Positions 9,296 through 19,442 of a stretch of 64,000 bases of DNA are shown here, one piece after another. Every line of letters begins with the position of its first letter. Within the stretch, counting starts at the first letter, position 1. The notes beneath the pieces are model-generated. The model saw only the letters and a list, made by a program, of their open reading frames with translations, searched no databases and was not told where the DNA came from. This DNA is from Candidatus Iainarchaeum sp. (GTDB lineage Archaea; B1Sed10-29; WALL01). The stretch lies in assembly GCA_023129115.1 (NCBI GenBank), contig JAGMCR010000003.1, positions 1 through 64,000 of the forward strand, given 5' to 3'. The position numbers and the translations under genes were made by a program.

Positions 9296-12037
9296 ATGCG
9301 CGGGCAGGCAGCCACAGAGTTCATTTTACTGCTGGCATTTATATTGCTTTTGATACTTCCCGCAGGGTATTACATATTCACCAACACAAGCGAGTCCACG
9401 CGCGTGCTCCAGGGAGACCTTGCGGTAAACACGCTCGCCAAGACAGCGGACTATGTCTATTACCAGTCGCCCGGCGCAAAACAGGTCGTGACCGTGTTCC
9501 TGCCGGGTGGGGTAGAATGGAGCGAGAGCTATATTGGCCACCCCACCGAGAGCGGCGGCGAAGAAATCAACCTCGCGCTCTACACCCAAACCGGGGAAAA
9601 GACGCACATCTTTGTTGGGACAGAGGGCGAGGTCCGCGGCACGTGGCCCGACAGCAACGGCAACTTCCGGTTCATGGTCAGGAAGACCGCGGCGGGATAC
9701 GTCATAATCGGGCCGTACGAGCAGACCTTCCTCCTCGAGCCGCAGTCCTACACCACCACAATGATTGCTGGGAGCGTTGACTCGTTCACACTCACCGCAA
9801 CCGAGCTGGACGGCTCGCCACGCACCCTGACGCTCACCCCCAACGGGGAAATCGCGGACTGGCTCTCCCTCGGGACAACCTCGCTCTACCTTGGCGCAGA
9901 CGCCCAGAACACCACCACCGTGACCATCACACTCCCAGTGAACACGAGCGCGGGCGTTTACACCGGCACCGTAGACGCGACCGATGGCGAGGTGGAGGAT
10001 GTCGTCTACATCACTGTTATTTCGCTGGGCCCGGTCACCCCGCCCGGCGGCATCCAGGGCGGGCTGCTTGTGGAAATAATAGAGCCGACCAACAGCACTT
10101 ACACAGAAATCCCTGTCGACCTCGAGTATACTGTGAACATGACCCCCAGCTGGTGCGGGTACTCGCTCGACGGCTCAGCCCTTACCACGGTATCCGGCAA
10201 CGTCAGCATGTTCCCCACCAACGGCCCCCACCACGTCAAAGTGCTGTGCGTCTCGTCGGACGGCAAGTCCGGGTGGGACGAGGAGTGGTTCACCACCGAC
10301 TTTGGGCTCGAGCCGTGGTGCTTCAACCTGACCATGCTCTGGGCATACAACAGCACTTACCATGACGTCATGGCTGAAATCAGCACGAGCAACAACGTAT
10401 ATGCCAACGAAATGCAGATAGTGGAGGACCAGCTCAGCTTCATTGACGTCACTTTCGAGTTCGCCATCAACCCTGATGCCGGGGGCTTTGTGATACACAA
10501 CATGTCGCAGGGGTGGGAGCACTACGAGTCAGACTCGCAGATAGACCCCATCCTGCAGTGGCAGATGAACAACGGGTGGGGCGCCACAGTATGCCAGCTG
10601 CCGGCGTACCAGAACCCTGGCCAGGAAGCGCTTGACATTTGCACGCTCTCGAAGGGCGAGGTGCCCGACACGCCGGGCGAAGTGCTGTTCCTAAGCACGA
10701 GGATATACTACCTGTCGCAAGCCTCGTCGGCACACGAGTCACACGTCGACTGGACTTACCTCACGGTCTGCTATGGCGAGGCAATCAAGAGGCTCACCAT
10801 AGAGTCGCCGCTGGATCCGGAGTACAACCAAAGCTGGGTCTGGTTCAACGTCAGCTCCAACGCGCTGATGGACTACGTGTGGTACTCGCTCGACGGCGCG
10901 GCCAACGTCACGATGCCTGGAGGACGGTATGCAACCTCTTCCAATGTGTCAGTGTCCCTCGGCCCGCACATGGTCACGTTCTACGCCAATGACTCGAACG
11001 GCAACATTCTCTCGAACTCGACCAGCTTCAACATCACTATTGCTGACACCACGCCGCCGGTCATAACAATAGTGTCGCCACTCAATGCGACATACACCAC
11101 GACCTGGGTGTGGATGAACATCACGCTCGACGAGAGCGGCAGCTGGGCGGGGTACTCGCTCGACGGCGCGGCCAACGTCACGATGTCAGGCAGCGGCACG
11201 GCATGGTACTACAACGCGAGCGGCTTGGCAGAAACGGGCCACAACGTCACGTTCTACGCCAATGACTCGTCAGGCAACATGGGCGCTTCAGCGACGCGCT
11301 GGTTCACTGTGGACACGACTGTATCTGCGTGCCCGTTCACCATTGACCTGTGGGAGCTGGGCGCGGACAAGCCGCAGCCAATTGAGTTCACCAGCGGGCT
11401 GAACACGACCGCGAATACGTTTGGAATCACCGGCGCGAGCGACGGCTGGGACTGGGCATGGAACGTGTACGACACCGGGAGCACATGCGTGTTCTTCAAC
11501 GGAGAGCAGTACGTGGACTCGACTGACCCGACTGCTGGCGAGGTAAACACCGGCGTGAACGCGGCGGATATGCAGCGTGTGAGTATCGGCGACAACACTG
11601 CGTACGGCGGCAACGTGTGCAACAACGATGGCCACGGCAGCGGGGCGTACGCCGTCGAGCTAAACGTGACGAGCGCCATGTACAGCGAAATAGCCAGCGG
11701 CGGGACCGCGACGCTGTACTTTGACTGGATTGTTGACGACAATGGCCTGGACAACAACGACGACGTTTGGGTCAAGGCACGGTTCGGGAACAGCACGACA
11801 ATGACGTACCTCGGCACGCAGGTCGGCGGCGGCAACGACGACGCGTACGCGGACATACTGTACGACCAGAACCCCAACGACCAGAGCGGCTCGGAAGCGA
11901 TTGACGTGTCGAGCCTGATTACCGCGGCCGGGGACTACTACGTAGAACTCGGCGGAAGGGTCAGGGACTGGGACAACAACGAGGGCGCGGACTTTGAGTT
12001 CGACAACGTGAACCTCAACATAACTTGCGCACCGTGA
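9296..12037 (+). CDS. large class III-signal pilin-like adhesin with repeated Ig-like domains
   Basis: N-terminus MRG|QAATEF plus hydrophobic helix; three YSLDG repeats; Thr/Asn-rich with many N-x-S/T sequons. Confidence 0.85.
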   Translation: MRGQAATEFILLLAFILLLILPAGYYIFTNTSESTRVLQGDLAVNTLAKTADYVYYQSPGAKQVVTVFLPGGVEWSESYIGHPTESGGEEINLALYTQTGEKTHIFVGTEGEVRGTWPDSNGNFRFMVRKTAAGYVIIGPYEQTFLLEPQSYTTTMIAGSVDSFTLTATELDGSPRTLTLTPNGEIADWLSLGTTSLYLGADAQNTTTVTITLPVNTSAGVYTGTVDATDGEVEDVVYITVISLGPVTPPGGIQGGLLVEIIEPTNSTYTEIPVDLEYTVNMTPSWCGYSLDGSALTTVSGNVSMFPTNGPHHVKVLCVSSDGKSGWDEEWFTTDFGLEPWCFNLTMLWAYNSTYHDVMAEISTSNNVYANEMQIVEDQLSFIDVTFEFAINPDAGGFVIHNMSQGWEHYESDSQIDPILQWQMNNGWGATVCQLPAYQNPGQEALDICTLSKGEVPDTPGEVLFLSTRIYYLSQASSAHESHVDWTYLTVCYGEAIKRLTIESPLDPEYNQSWVWFNVSSNALMDYVWYSLDGAANVTMPGGRYATSSNVSVSLGPHMVTFYANDSNGNILSNSTSFNITIADTTPPVITIVSPLNATYTTTWVWMNITLDESGSWAGYSLDGAANVTMSGSGTAWYYNASGLAETGHNVTFYANDSSGNMGASATRWFTVDTTVSACPFTIDLWELGADKPQPIEFTSGLNTTANTFGITGASDGWDWAWNVYDTGSTCVFFNGEQYVDSTDPTAGEVNTGVNAADMQRVSIGDNTAYGGNVCNNDGHGSGAYAVELNVTSAMYSEIASGGTATLYFDWIVDDNGLDNNDDVWVKARFGNSTTMTYLGTQVGGGNDDAYADILYDQNPNDQSGSEAIDVSSLITAAGDYYVELGGRVRDWDNNEGADFEFDNVNLNITCAP

Positions 12038-12600
12038 TGAAAATGGACGAGCTTGACAAGAGCATTGTGGCCCTTGAGGAGACGAGGAAGAAGATGACTG
12101 TGAAGCAGCCTGGCTTGTGGAAGCCGCTGATTGTCATAGCAGTGGTATTGCTTGCCGTGGCAGCGCTCGTCGCGCTCTCTGTTATAGTGGTGGAGAGGAC
12201 AGGGATAACCCCCCCATTTGAAGTGCCGGCCATTGGGATGCCGGAGGTTGAACTGCCCGGCTTGGAAGCACCGACCGCAAGCCCGACGCCTTCTGCCGGC
12301 GCCTTCCCGCTCACTGGGTCGTACGTGTGCACTGTCGGCGGCAGGGAGTACCAGGTGTACGAGGAGTCGTACTTCTATCTGGACGGGGACAACCTGAGAG
12401 TGGTGTCGGACGGCAGGGAGACCACGGTCACACCGGCGGGCGACGAGTCCACTGAAAATATCGCGACGGACTTCTTCGTGTCCGCGCCCGGGGCGTCGTG
12501 CGTGGAGGACAGCGGGCCCGGGGGGATAATGGAGGATGCGTCAGAGACCGGCGTACTCTCGCTCGGCGGAACGGACTACGTCATCGAGGCATGGAAGTAG
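12037..12600 (+). CDS. single-TM membrane protein of the pilus locus
   Basis: Hydrophobic helix followed by a Pro-rich linker and a small Cys-containing domain; start overlaps the upstream stop. Confidence 0.65.
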   Translation: MKMDELDKSIVALEETRKKMTVKQPGLWKPLIVIAVVLLAVAALVALSVIVVERTGITPPFEVPAIGMPEVELPGLEAPTASPTPSAGAFPLTGSYVCTVGGREYQVYEESYFYLDGDNLRVVSDGRETTVTPAGDESTENIATDFFVSAPGASCVEDSGPGGIMEDASETGVLSLGGTDYVIEAWK

Positions 12601-12604
12601 TGCG

Positions 12605-13015
12605 ATGAGGGGGCAAATCACTTTCGAGTTCATTGGGACGGTCGTGGTGGCGATGCTGATTTACGCCATATTCACCGCGTACATATTTGTCCAGTTTGGG
12701 GCCTTACTCCCGTGGCAGAACCAGAACTACGAGGCGAGGTTTTACGCAGAAAGGGTTGCGGGGGCAATTGACGCCGCTTACTTCGGGGGCGACGGCTATT
12801 ACTCGACTTTCGAGCTGCCGGAGAAGATACGGGGGAGAGAGTACAATGTTGAGTACGGGGGCGGCGTTGTAGAGGTGGACATTGTGGACCTGGGCGAGGT
12901 GGACAGCTACGGCATTGCGTATTCCATGGCGCCGGAAATTGGCGCGTTCGACGCGGGCAACGGGACAAACCACGTGACAAACTCCAACGGCACAGTGGGG
13001 GTGTGGGGGCAGTGA
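12605..13015 (+). CDS. minor type IV pilin (class III signal)
   Basis: MRG|QITFEF plus hydrophobic stretch; ATG at 12605. Confidence 0.82.
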   Translation: MRGQITFEFIGTVVVAMLIYAIFTAYIFVQFGALLPWQNQNYEARFYAERVAGAIDAAYFGGDGYYSTFELPEKIRGREYNVEYGGGVVEVDIVDLGEVDSYGIAYSMAPEIGAFDAGNGTNHVTNSNGTVGVWGQ

Positions 13016-13443
13016 GGGGCCAGGTCTTCACCATTGACTTGTTCACCGCGTACACGGTCTTCATGATTGTGATGCTGGTGATAACACTTATGGCGCTTTG
13101 GGTCGGGAGTGCAATCCAGGCAAAGGAAAAAGTGGACTCCATGAGCCTCAGGGCGATTGCTGGCCTGGACTACCTGTGCTATGGCGACAACTTCACTGAA
13201 GAGCCGTACAAGCTGGAGAAAGGCCCTGTCGACTGGTTCTTTAGCCAGAGCAACGCAGAAGTGCGGGATACACTGCGGCCGGGATGGAACTATTCGCTGA
13301 AACTGAACATGCTAAACGGCACAACAATGCTATCCGCTGGGGGGGAGTTGGCAAAGGCTGACACAGTAGTGTCGTTCGAGCGGCTCGTGTACTACAACAA
13401 CACCCGCAGCAAGCTGTTGATGAGCATATGGGAGGAACGGTAG
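13012..13443 (+). CDS. minor pilin-like protein
   Basis: GTGA overlap start, RG|QVFTIDL plus hydrophobic helix. Confidence 0.75.
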   Translation: MRGQVFTIDLFTAYTVFMIVMLVITLMALWVGSAIQAKEKVDSMSLRAIAGLDYLCYGDNFTEEPYKLEKGPVDWFFSQSNAEVRDTLRPGWNYSLKLNMLNGTTMLSAGGELAKADTVVSFERLVYYNNTRSKLLMSIWEER

Positions 13444-13910
13444 TGGGGCGGACTTCGAGCGCAGGTAGGCGCCAGGGGCCCCGGGGGTTTTACATGAGCA
13501 TAGACATCTCGATAGCCGTGGCCATCACGTTCCTAATCCTTATGGTGCTCATGATTACTTTGGGGAACATCCCGCGCTCCGTCGTTGTGGAGGTGGGGAA
13601 CTACAAGGTGGGCGAAAGCGCGCTCTACCTAATGAAGCACGACGGCACGTTCAACGAAATGACCATGCACCTGGAGAACGGGAAGCAGGGCCGCGCGAAG
13701 GGAAAGGCGGTTTCGGCTATGGCCAATTACAATTTGGTCATGAAGTCACAGGTCACGCTTACTGTGTACAACAGCTCGCTCTCGCCCACTTATGCCGCCA
13801 CTGGCAAGAGGGGGGCAATCAAGGAAAAGGCGTACTCGATGAGCCTTGCCTTCAAGACGAACAGCAGTGCTAACCCGTTCGGGATAGCGACGATGGTGGT
13901 GGGGAAATGA
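13428..13910 (+). CDS. minor pilin-like protein
   Basis: RG|FYMSIDIS plus hydrophobic helix; exact start uncertain. Confidence 0.7.
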   Translation: MGGTVVGRTSSAGRRQGPRGFYMSIDISIAVAITFLILMVLMITLGNIPRSVVVEVGNYKVGESALYLMKHDGTFNEMTMHLENGKQGRAKGKAVSAMANYNLVMKSQVTLTVYNSSLSPTYAATGKRGAIKEKAYSMSLAFKTNSSANPFGIATMVVGK

Positions 13911-14920
13911 GGAGGGGTTATGTTTTCTCGCTGCTGATTGCCCTCCTGCTTGGGTTCTTTATGCTGACCGCGCACTATTACTTGCTGGAGAGGCCGGAAC
14001 GGGACGTATACCCCCACTTCGTGGCAGCACGGGAAGTTGTTACCGGGAGCATCGCGGCTGACGTTGCAAGCGAGTTCCCGGCAGTAGAAAGAGGGGCGCA
14101 CACGATAATTACTGAAGAGTCGAGCGCGGGCGGGCTGGACACTGCGGTCGCGACGTGGGGCAGTTTTCTGGCGCTGTACGAGAGCGCGACGCTGCATAAC
14201 GCAAGCATTGACGCGACTAACTCGTCGTCGCTGGCGACGAAGCTGTGGCTGGCAGGCAGGGGAGTGGACTACGTGCGGGACGGCAGTTCGTTTACATTGG
14301 GCCACTCCGGGAGTTACTTGCTGGTGAACAACACCATGGGGGAAGTCAACTACTCGTCGTGCCCGCTTGACCTTGCTGGCAGCGTTGAGACAAGGATAAT
14401 AATTGACACGGCCGACACCGGGGCCAAGTACACGAGCCAGGGCACGAGTTACGTGTGCTTCGTTAACTTTACCGGCGGCGGCAGTGTGAACATAACGATT
14501 GACGCGCAGAACCAATTATCTATTGATTACTCCAGTGCGCCGAGCAACTACACACAGCGCATCGGGTTCGACGGGCCGGACAAGCTTTACGTTGTGTTCG
14601 ACAAGTACAATGTTTCGCTTGGCGCGAGCCCGGGGTGGAATGAGACGTTCGCCGGGACAAAAAAGTACGGCACGGCGGGCGGGATTAATTTCGTGGTGGC
14701 GGACACTGACAACGACACGAATTATGACTATGCGTTCGCGGACGTTGATGGCGATGGCGGGTTTGGCGGCGTGGACGACAGGTGGTATTTGAAGGAAGGC
14801 GTGGCCGGCCTGGGCGGGAAAGTGTTTTATATTCGCTTTGATTTAGCTGGTAATTGGCTGGTGCTGTACAACGCGCTTGGCGTGCGCTCCCTCAGCTCCT
14901 GGAGGGGGGTGGTGCTGTAA
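13907..14920 (+). CDS. pilin-like secreted protein
   Basis: MRRG|YVFSLLIALL; DTDND and DVDGDG possible Ca-binding loops. Confidence 0.7.
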   Translation: MRRGYVFSLLIALLLGFFMLTAHYYLLERPERDVYPHFVAAREVVTGSIAADVASEFPAVERGAHTIITEESSAGGLDTAVATWGSFLALYESATLHNASIDATNSSSLATKLWLAGRGVDYVRDGSSFTLGHSGSYLLVNNTMGEVNYSSCPLDLAGSVETRIIIDTADTGAKYTSQGTSYVCFVNFTGGGSVNITIDAQNQLSIDYSSAPSNYTQRIGFDGPDKLYVVFDKYNVSLGASPGWNETFAGTKKYGTAGGINFVVADTDNDTNYDYAFADVDGDGGFGGVDDRWYLKEGVAGLGGKVFYIRFDLAGNWLVLYNALGVRSLSSWRGVVL

Positions 14921-15132
14921 TGGAAAAAAGAATTGAAACGACGGCCGACGAGTTCCTCATGATGGTGAGGCGGGAAAAAAAGATGAGCCTTCCGGAGCTG
15001 CAGAAGGCCCTGGGCGTGAAGCGGCATCTGCTGGACGAGTGGATTGGGATGTTCGAGTCGCGCGGCATGATTGAGCTCATCTACCCCGCAAACCCGTTGA
15101 GCCCCCCGTACGTGGTGATAAAAAATGGCTAA
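14920..15132 (+). CDS. small winged-helix protein
   Basis: MSLPELQKALGV..LLDEWIGMFESRGMIEL pattern; start overlaps the upstream stop. Confidence 0.65.
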   Translation: MEKRIETTADEFLMMVRREKKMSLPELQKALGVKRHLLDEWIGMFESRGMIELIYPANPLSPPYVVIKNG

Positions 15133-16573
15133 TGAAGCGCCTTTAAGGCAGTTCGACGACGCAACCGAGGCAATGGAAAAGAAGATTGCGAAGATGAAGG
15201 AAAAGGGCTATCTCCCGAAGTACCTCGACAAGCTCAAGGACAAGCGCGGCGAATTGGTGTACGCGCTGGAGCACGAGAACGAGGAGAAGGCGGCTGAGAT
15301 AATCGACCTAGCCATCTCGTTCGGCAAGGAAGTCAACAGGATGCGGGTGACGAAGCCCAAGAGGTTTGGCTTCCTGAGCAGGATTGTGCCCAAGCCCACG
15401 AAAAAGATTGTGTCCTCGCCGAAAAAAGAGAAGGAGGCTGTGACGAGGCAGGTCGTGGAGACCGCAAGTGTGTACGACGACGAATTCAGGAGCCTGGCCG
15501 AGGAGCTGGCCAAGAGGGAGGTCGAGCTCGAGGGCCTGAAGGGCGCGTACGCTTCACTGTCGGCCGAGATGGGCGAGATGCGGAGGAAGATGGAGGCCAA
15601 GCAGGCGAAGGACGTCAAGGAGCTGGCGGCGCAAATCAAGGAAGTGAAGGGCGGCATGGACTCTGTACACTCCACGATGAGCAAGGAGTTCGCGTCGAAC
15701 AAGGCGGCGTACCGGGACTTCGGGCTCGAGCTGGTCAGCGTCGCGATAAAGGTGTCCGAGCTCGAGGAATTGATTGAGCGCGGGGACACGGTCACTGAGA
15801 TGGACGTGCTGGAGCTGCACAATTCCGTGGCGCTGCTCGCGAGGAGGCTGATGCTGACAGAGGCGAAGCAGAAGAAGAACCGGCTCGCGCTCATCGAGAA
15901 AATGAAGACGAACCAAAAAAAGATACTCAAGGCGCTGCAGGGCAAGGCGGACACCCAGAAAGTGGTGAAGGCCATTAAGCAGTACGTGAGCGAGCTGAGG
16001 CACGAGCTGGACGAGCAAGACTCAAAGATTGCGGCCGAGATGCACGTCGAGATTAAGAGCTCTTACTACACGCTGGGCCAGAAGCTCAAGAAGATAGAGG
16101 CGGACATCGGGAAGGCGAAGAGCAAGAAGGACCTTGAGGCTGTGCAGAAGAAAGTGGCGGGGCTGACGAGGCACATTGAGGACGTGCGGGAGGGGGAGCT
16201 GAGCCTCGAGCGCGAGATGGAGCAGCAGCACCTGAGCGACCGCGCGCTCATGCAGCGGATTGACTCGATTTCGGACCGCGTGAGGAAGGGCGGGGAGATG
16301 GGCCAGCTCGCGATAGCGGACCTCTACCGGAGCATCGAGGCGCTGGAGCTCCAGATAAGGATTAGCAGTGGCGACGCCAGGAAAGTCAAGACCATGGTGA
16401 AGTCGCTCGGGTCGATAAAGAAGGACTTGTCGAAGATTGAGGAAGAGGCGGGGGGGACTTATCCAGCGAAGAAGAGGGTTGTGAAAAAGGGAAAGAAAAA
16501 AGCTGTGAAGAAGACTAAGAAGAAGAAAAAGGCGGCGAAGAAGAAAAAATTGTTTGGGCTGCTTGGTGGGTGA
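15125..16573 (+). CDS. long coiled-coil protein with Lys-rich tail
   Basis: Heptad-like E/K/L-rich sequence; ends KKKKKAAKKKKLFGLLGG. Confidence 0.75.
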   Translation: MANEAPLRQFDDATEAMEKKIAKMKEKGYLPKYLDKLKDKRGELVYALEHENEEKAAEIIDLAISFGKEVNRMRVTKPKRFGFLSRIVPKPTKKIVSSPKKEKEAVTRQVVETASVYDDEFRSLAEELAKREVELEGLKGAYASLSAEMGEMRRKMEAKQAKDVKELAAQIKEVKGGMDSVHSTMSKEFASNKAAYRDFGLELVSVAIKVSELEELIERGDTVTEMDVLELHNSVALLARRLMLTEAKQKKNRLALIEKMKTNQKKILKALQGKADTQKVVKAIKQYVSELRHELDEQDSKIAAEMHVEIKSSYYTLGQKLKKIEADIGKAKSKKDLEAVQKKVAGLTRHIEDVREGELSLEREMEQQHLSDRALMQRIDSISDRVRKGGEMGQLAIADLYRSIEALELQIRISSGDARKVKTMVKSLGSIKKDLSKIEEEAGGTYPAKKRVVKKGKKKAVKKTKKKKKAAKKKKLFGLLGG

Positions 16574-16846
16574 ATGAAGGAGCTTGCGTACGGCGACACT
16601 GAAAGGGTCGCGGAGGTGAGGGCCTGGCTGAAGCAGGGCATGAAGGTGTCCGAGGTAAAGGCAAAGCTGGAGTCGCTGGGGTACAACGACTACCACGCCG
16701 CGTTCCTGCTGGAGGAGGCTACGGGCAAGAGCTATGTGCCCGCGAAGCCCATAGTCATAATCGACACCACGAGGATTAAGTTCATGCTTATGGCGGCTGC
16801 TGTTGCAGTCCTCGTGTTTATTGGCTGGTGGTACCTAGGGGTGTGA
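16574..16846 (+). CDS. small C-terminally anchored membrane protein
   Basis: C-terminal hydrophobic helix; operonic spacing. Confidence 0.65.
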   Translation: MKELAYGDTERVAEVRAWLKQGMKVSEVKAKLESLGYNDYHAAFLLEEATGKSYVPAKPIVIIDTTRIKFMLMAAAVAVLVFIGWWYLGV

Positions 16847-16850
16847 GTAA

Positions 16851-18539
16851 ATGGTGACTGTTGACGAGCTGAAAACTGCGCTTGACGAGCTCGAGAAGAG
16901 CAAGAAAAGCATAAAGGGGAGGAAGAAGCCGGCCGCGAAGGAAAAGCCGCTCAAGGACGTGAAGGTGCCGGCAAAGCTCAAGGCCGCGAAGGCACTGGAC
17001 ATGCCGGGCAGCGAGATTTACGTCGCGGCGCACTACGACGGGAAGCTCTTGAACGAGTACTCCATCACGCGCGAAAAGATTCCCGTGAACATCAAAATCG
17101 TTCGGCCAACAATTGGCTACAACCCGATTTACGACATTTACTTGCCCGACATCGGCGAGGGGACGTGGATTGTGCTCGACAAAATCCGCTCGCAGATAAC
17201 CACGGAAGTCGGCGTGCGGGGCCAGGAAGTGCTTGACGTAAAGCTCCAGAAGAAGGTCGAGAAGAGGTTCAGGGACAGCGCGATAGAGAAGCTGAAGCAC
17301 TACATGCCCGGGATTGACGAGGAGACCATCACGGTGCTGAGCGAGTACTTAATCAACGACATGCTTGGGCTGGGGAAGATAGAGCTGTTGCTCGCCGACG
17401 ACGGCCTGGAAGAAATCGTGATTAACTCGTCGAGGGAGCCGATTTGGGTCTACCACAAGATGCACGGCTGGCTCAAGACGAACCTCAAGATTAAGAGCGA
17501 CGAGCAGACGGCTGACTACGCCAACTCAATTGGACGAAGGGCGGAGCGGCAAATCAACACGCTGAACCCGCTCATGGACGCGCACCTCCCGACCGGGGAG
17601 CGTGTCAACGCAACGCTGCTCCCGATTTCGACGGACGGGAACACCATCACCATCCGGAAGTTCTCGCGCGAGCCGTGGACCATTGTCGACTTTATAAACA
17701 ACAAGACTTTGGACGCTACAATCGGGGCGCTGCTTTGGACCGCAATACATTACGAGCTCAACGTTATTGTCGCGGGCGGGACAGCGAGCGGAAAGACGTC
17801 GCTGCTCAACTCGCTGACGCCGTTCCTGCCGCCGAACCACCGCATCGTGTCGATTGAGGACACGCGCGAGCTTCGGCTGCCGAGCTATTTGCAGTGGGTG
17901 CCGATGCTGACGCGCCAGCCGAACCCGGAGGGGAAAGGGGGCGTGACCATGCTTAACCTGATGGTAAACTCCCTGCGCATGAGGCCCGACCGCGTGATTG
18001 TGGGCGAGATTAGGAGGCACGAGGAGGCAGAGGTATTGTTCGAGGCCATGCACACCGGGCACTCGGTGTACTCGACGCTCCACGCCAACACTGCTGACGA
18101 GGTCAGGCGCCGGCTTGTGACTCCGCCGCTGAGCATTCCAGAGACCTTGCTTGAGTCGCTGCACCTGGTGAGCGTGCAGTTCAGGCACCGGAAGAAGGGC
18201 ATCCGCAGGGTGCTCCAGATTGCGGAGGTCCTGCCGAGCGCCGAGGGCACTGTGTCGTTCAGGGACATTTACAAGTGGCGCGCGGGCGCGGACACCTTCG
18301 GCAGGGTCAAGGACTCGGTGCGCGTGATTCCTGAGATACAGCTGTTCACTGGCATGAGCCTTAGGGAGATTAACGACGAGCTGAAGCAGAAGGAGGAAAT
18401 ACTGAACTGGCTCGTCAAGCAGAAGGTCGCCACAACTGAAGAGATTGGCAGGGTAATAAGCGAGTACTACACCAGCGAGGAAGTTGTCGTGGAGGCCATG
18501 CGGAAGAACAAGTCCCCGAAAGAGCTGATAAGCAAATGA
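16851..18539 (+). CDS. type IV pilus assembly ATPase (TadA/ArlI family)
   Basis: TIRKF, Walker A GGTASGKT, SIEDTREL, LRMRPDRVIVGEIR, MHTGH. Confidence 0.95.
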   Translation: MVTVDELKTALDELEKSKKSIKGRKKPAAKEKPLKDVKVPAKLKAAKALDMPGSEIYVAAHYDGKLLNEYSITREKIPVNIKIVRPTIGYNPIYDIYLPDIGEGTWIVLDKIRSQITTEVGVRGQEVLDVKLQKKVEKRFRDSAIEKLKHYMPGIDEETITVLSEYLINDMLGLGKIELLLADDGLEEIVINSSREPIWVYHKMHGWLKTNLKIKSDEQTADYANSIGRRAERQINTLNPLMDAHLPTGERVNATLLPISTDGNTITIRKFSREPWTIVDFINNKTLDATIGALLWTAIHYELNVIVAGGTASGKTSLLNSLTPFLPPNHRIVSIEDTRELRLPSYLQWVPMLTRQPNPEGKGGVTMLNLMVNSLRMRPDRVIVGEIRRHEEAEVLFEAMHTGHSVYSTLHANTADEVRRRLVTPPLSIPETLLESLHLVSVQFRHRKKGIRRVLQIAEVLPSAEGTVSFRDIYKWRAGADTFGRVKDSVRVIPEIQLFTGMSLREINDELKQKEEILNWLVKQKVATTEEIGRVISEYYTSEEVVVEAMRKNKSPKELISK

Positions 18540-19420
18540 CTGACTACCTCCCACCAATGCCGATGAAGCGGGACCGGGCGCTGAAGCTAGCCAGGAATCT
18601 GGCGTTCATCGGCTACCAGATAACGAGGCTGCACCCCGCCATAATCGCGGACCTCGCGCAGGCAGAGATGAAGTGGGACCCGGAGGACTATTCCGCGCTG
18701 GCCCTGCTGTCTGCTGCGTTCCAGGGAGTGACCATCTTTGTGCTCCTGCTTGTCGTGATGTACGCCACCGGGAACTGGGCGTTTTTTTGGGGCGGCGTGG
18801 GGATAAGCGTCTTTTTCTTTTTCTTCATGTTCATGCGCTCGATGATGTACCCGACTTTTATGGTGAGGAAGAGGGTGTACGAGATAGAGCGGAACTTCCT
18901 TTACGCGCTTAGGCATTTGCTGATTCAGGTGATGGGCGGGACGCCCGTGTTCAACTCCATGGTCAGTGTCTCGGAGGCGGGGTACGGCGAGATATCGCAC
19001 GAGTTCATGCGCGTAGTCCAGGAAATCAACTCGGGCAAGTCAATGACCAAGGCACTGGAGCGGATGGCGCTGCGGAACCCGTCGATTTACCTGCGGCGCA
19101 CGATTTGGCAGGTGGTCAACGCCCTCAGGACCGGGAGCGACATGGGCCAGACCCTGCGCGTGATTGTGGAGCAGTTCACTGCCGAGCAGCGGGTGCTGCT
19201 CCAGAAGTTCGCGAAGGAGCTGGGGCCGTGGGCCATGATGTACATGATGGTGACCGTGATATTCCCGACGCTGGGGATGACGCTTTTCCTCATCATGTCG
19301 TCCCTCTCGAGCATCACGCTCAACGAGGGCGTCATGCTCTCGTTCGTGCTGATGTCGGTCGTGGTACAGTACTTTTTCATACAGTTCCTGAAGACAAAGA
19401 GGCCGGTGATGAGGTGGTAG
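18536..19420 (+). CDS. TadC-like pilus platform membrane protein
   Basis: TM helices around a T2SSF-like domain (YGEISHEF..VVQEINSG..AL); follows the ATPase. Confidence 0.88.
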   Translation: MTDYLPPMPMKRDRALKLARNLAFIGYQITRLHPAIIADLAQAEMKWDPEDYSALALLSAAFQGVTIFVLLLVVMYATGNWAFFWGGVGISVFFFFFMFMRSMMYPTFMVRKRVYEIERNFLYALRHLLIQVMGGTPVFNSMVSVSEAGYGEISHEFMRVVQEINSGKSMTKALERMALRNPSIYLRRTIWQVVNALRTGSDMGQTLRVIVEQFTAEQRVLLQKFAKELGPWAMMYMMVTVIFPTLGMTLFLIMSSLSSITLNEGVMLSFVLMSVVVQYFFIQFLKTKRPVMRW

Positions 19421-19442
19421 CATAGACGACTTCCAGACGCGG

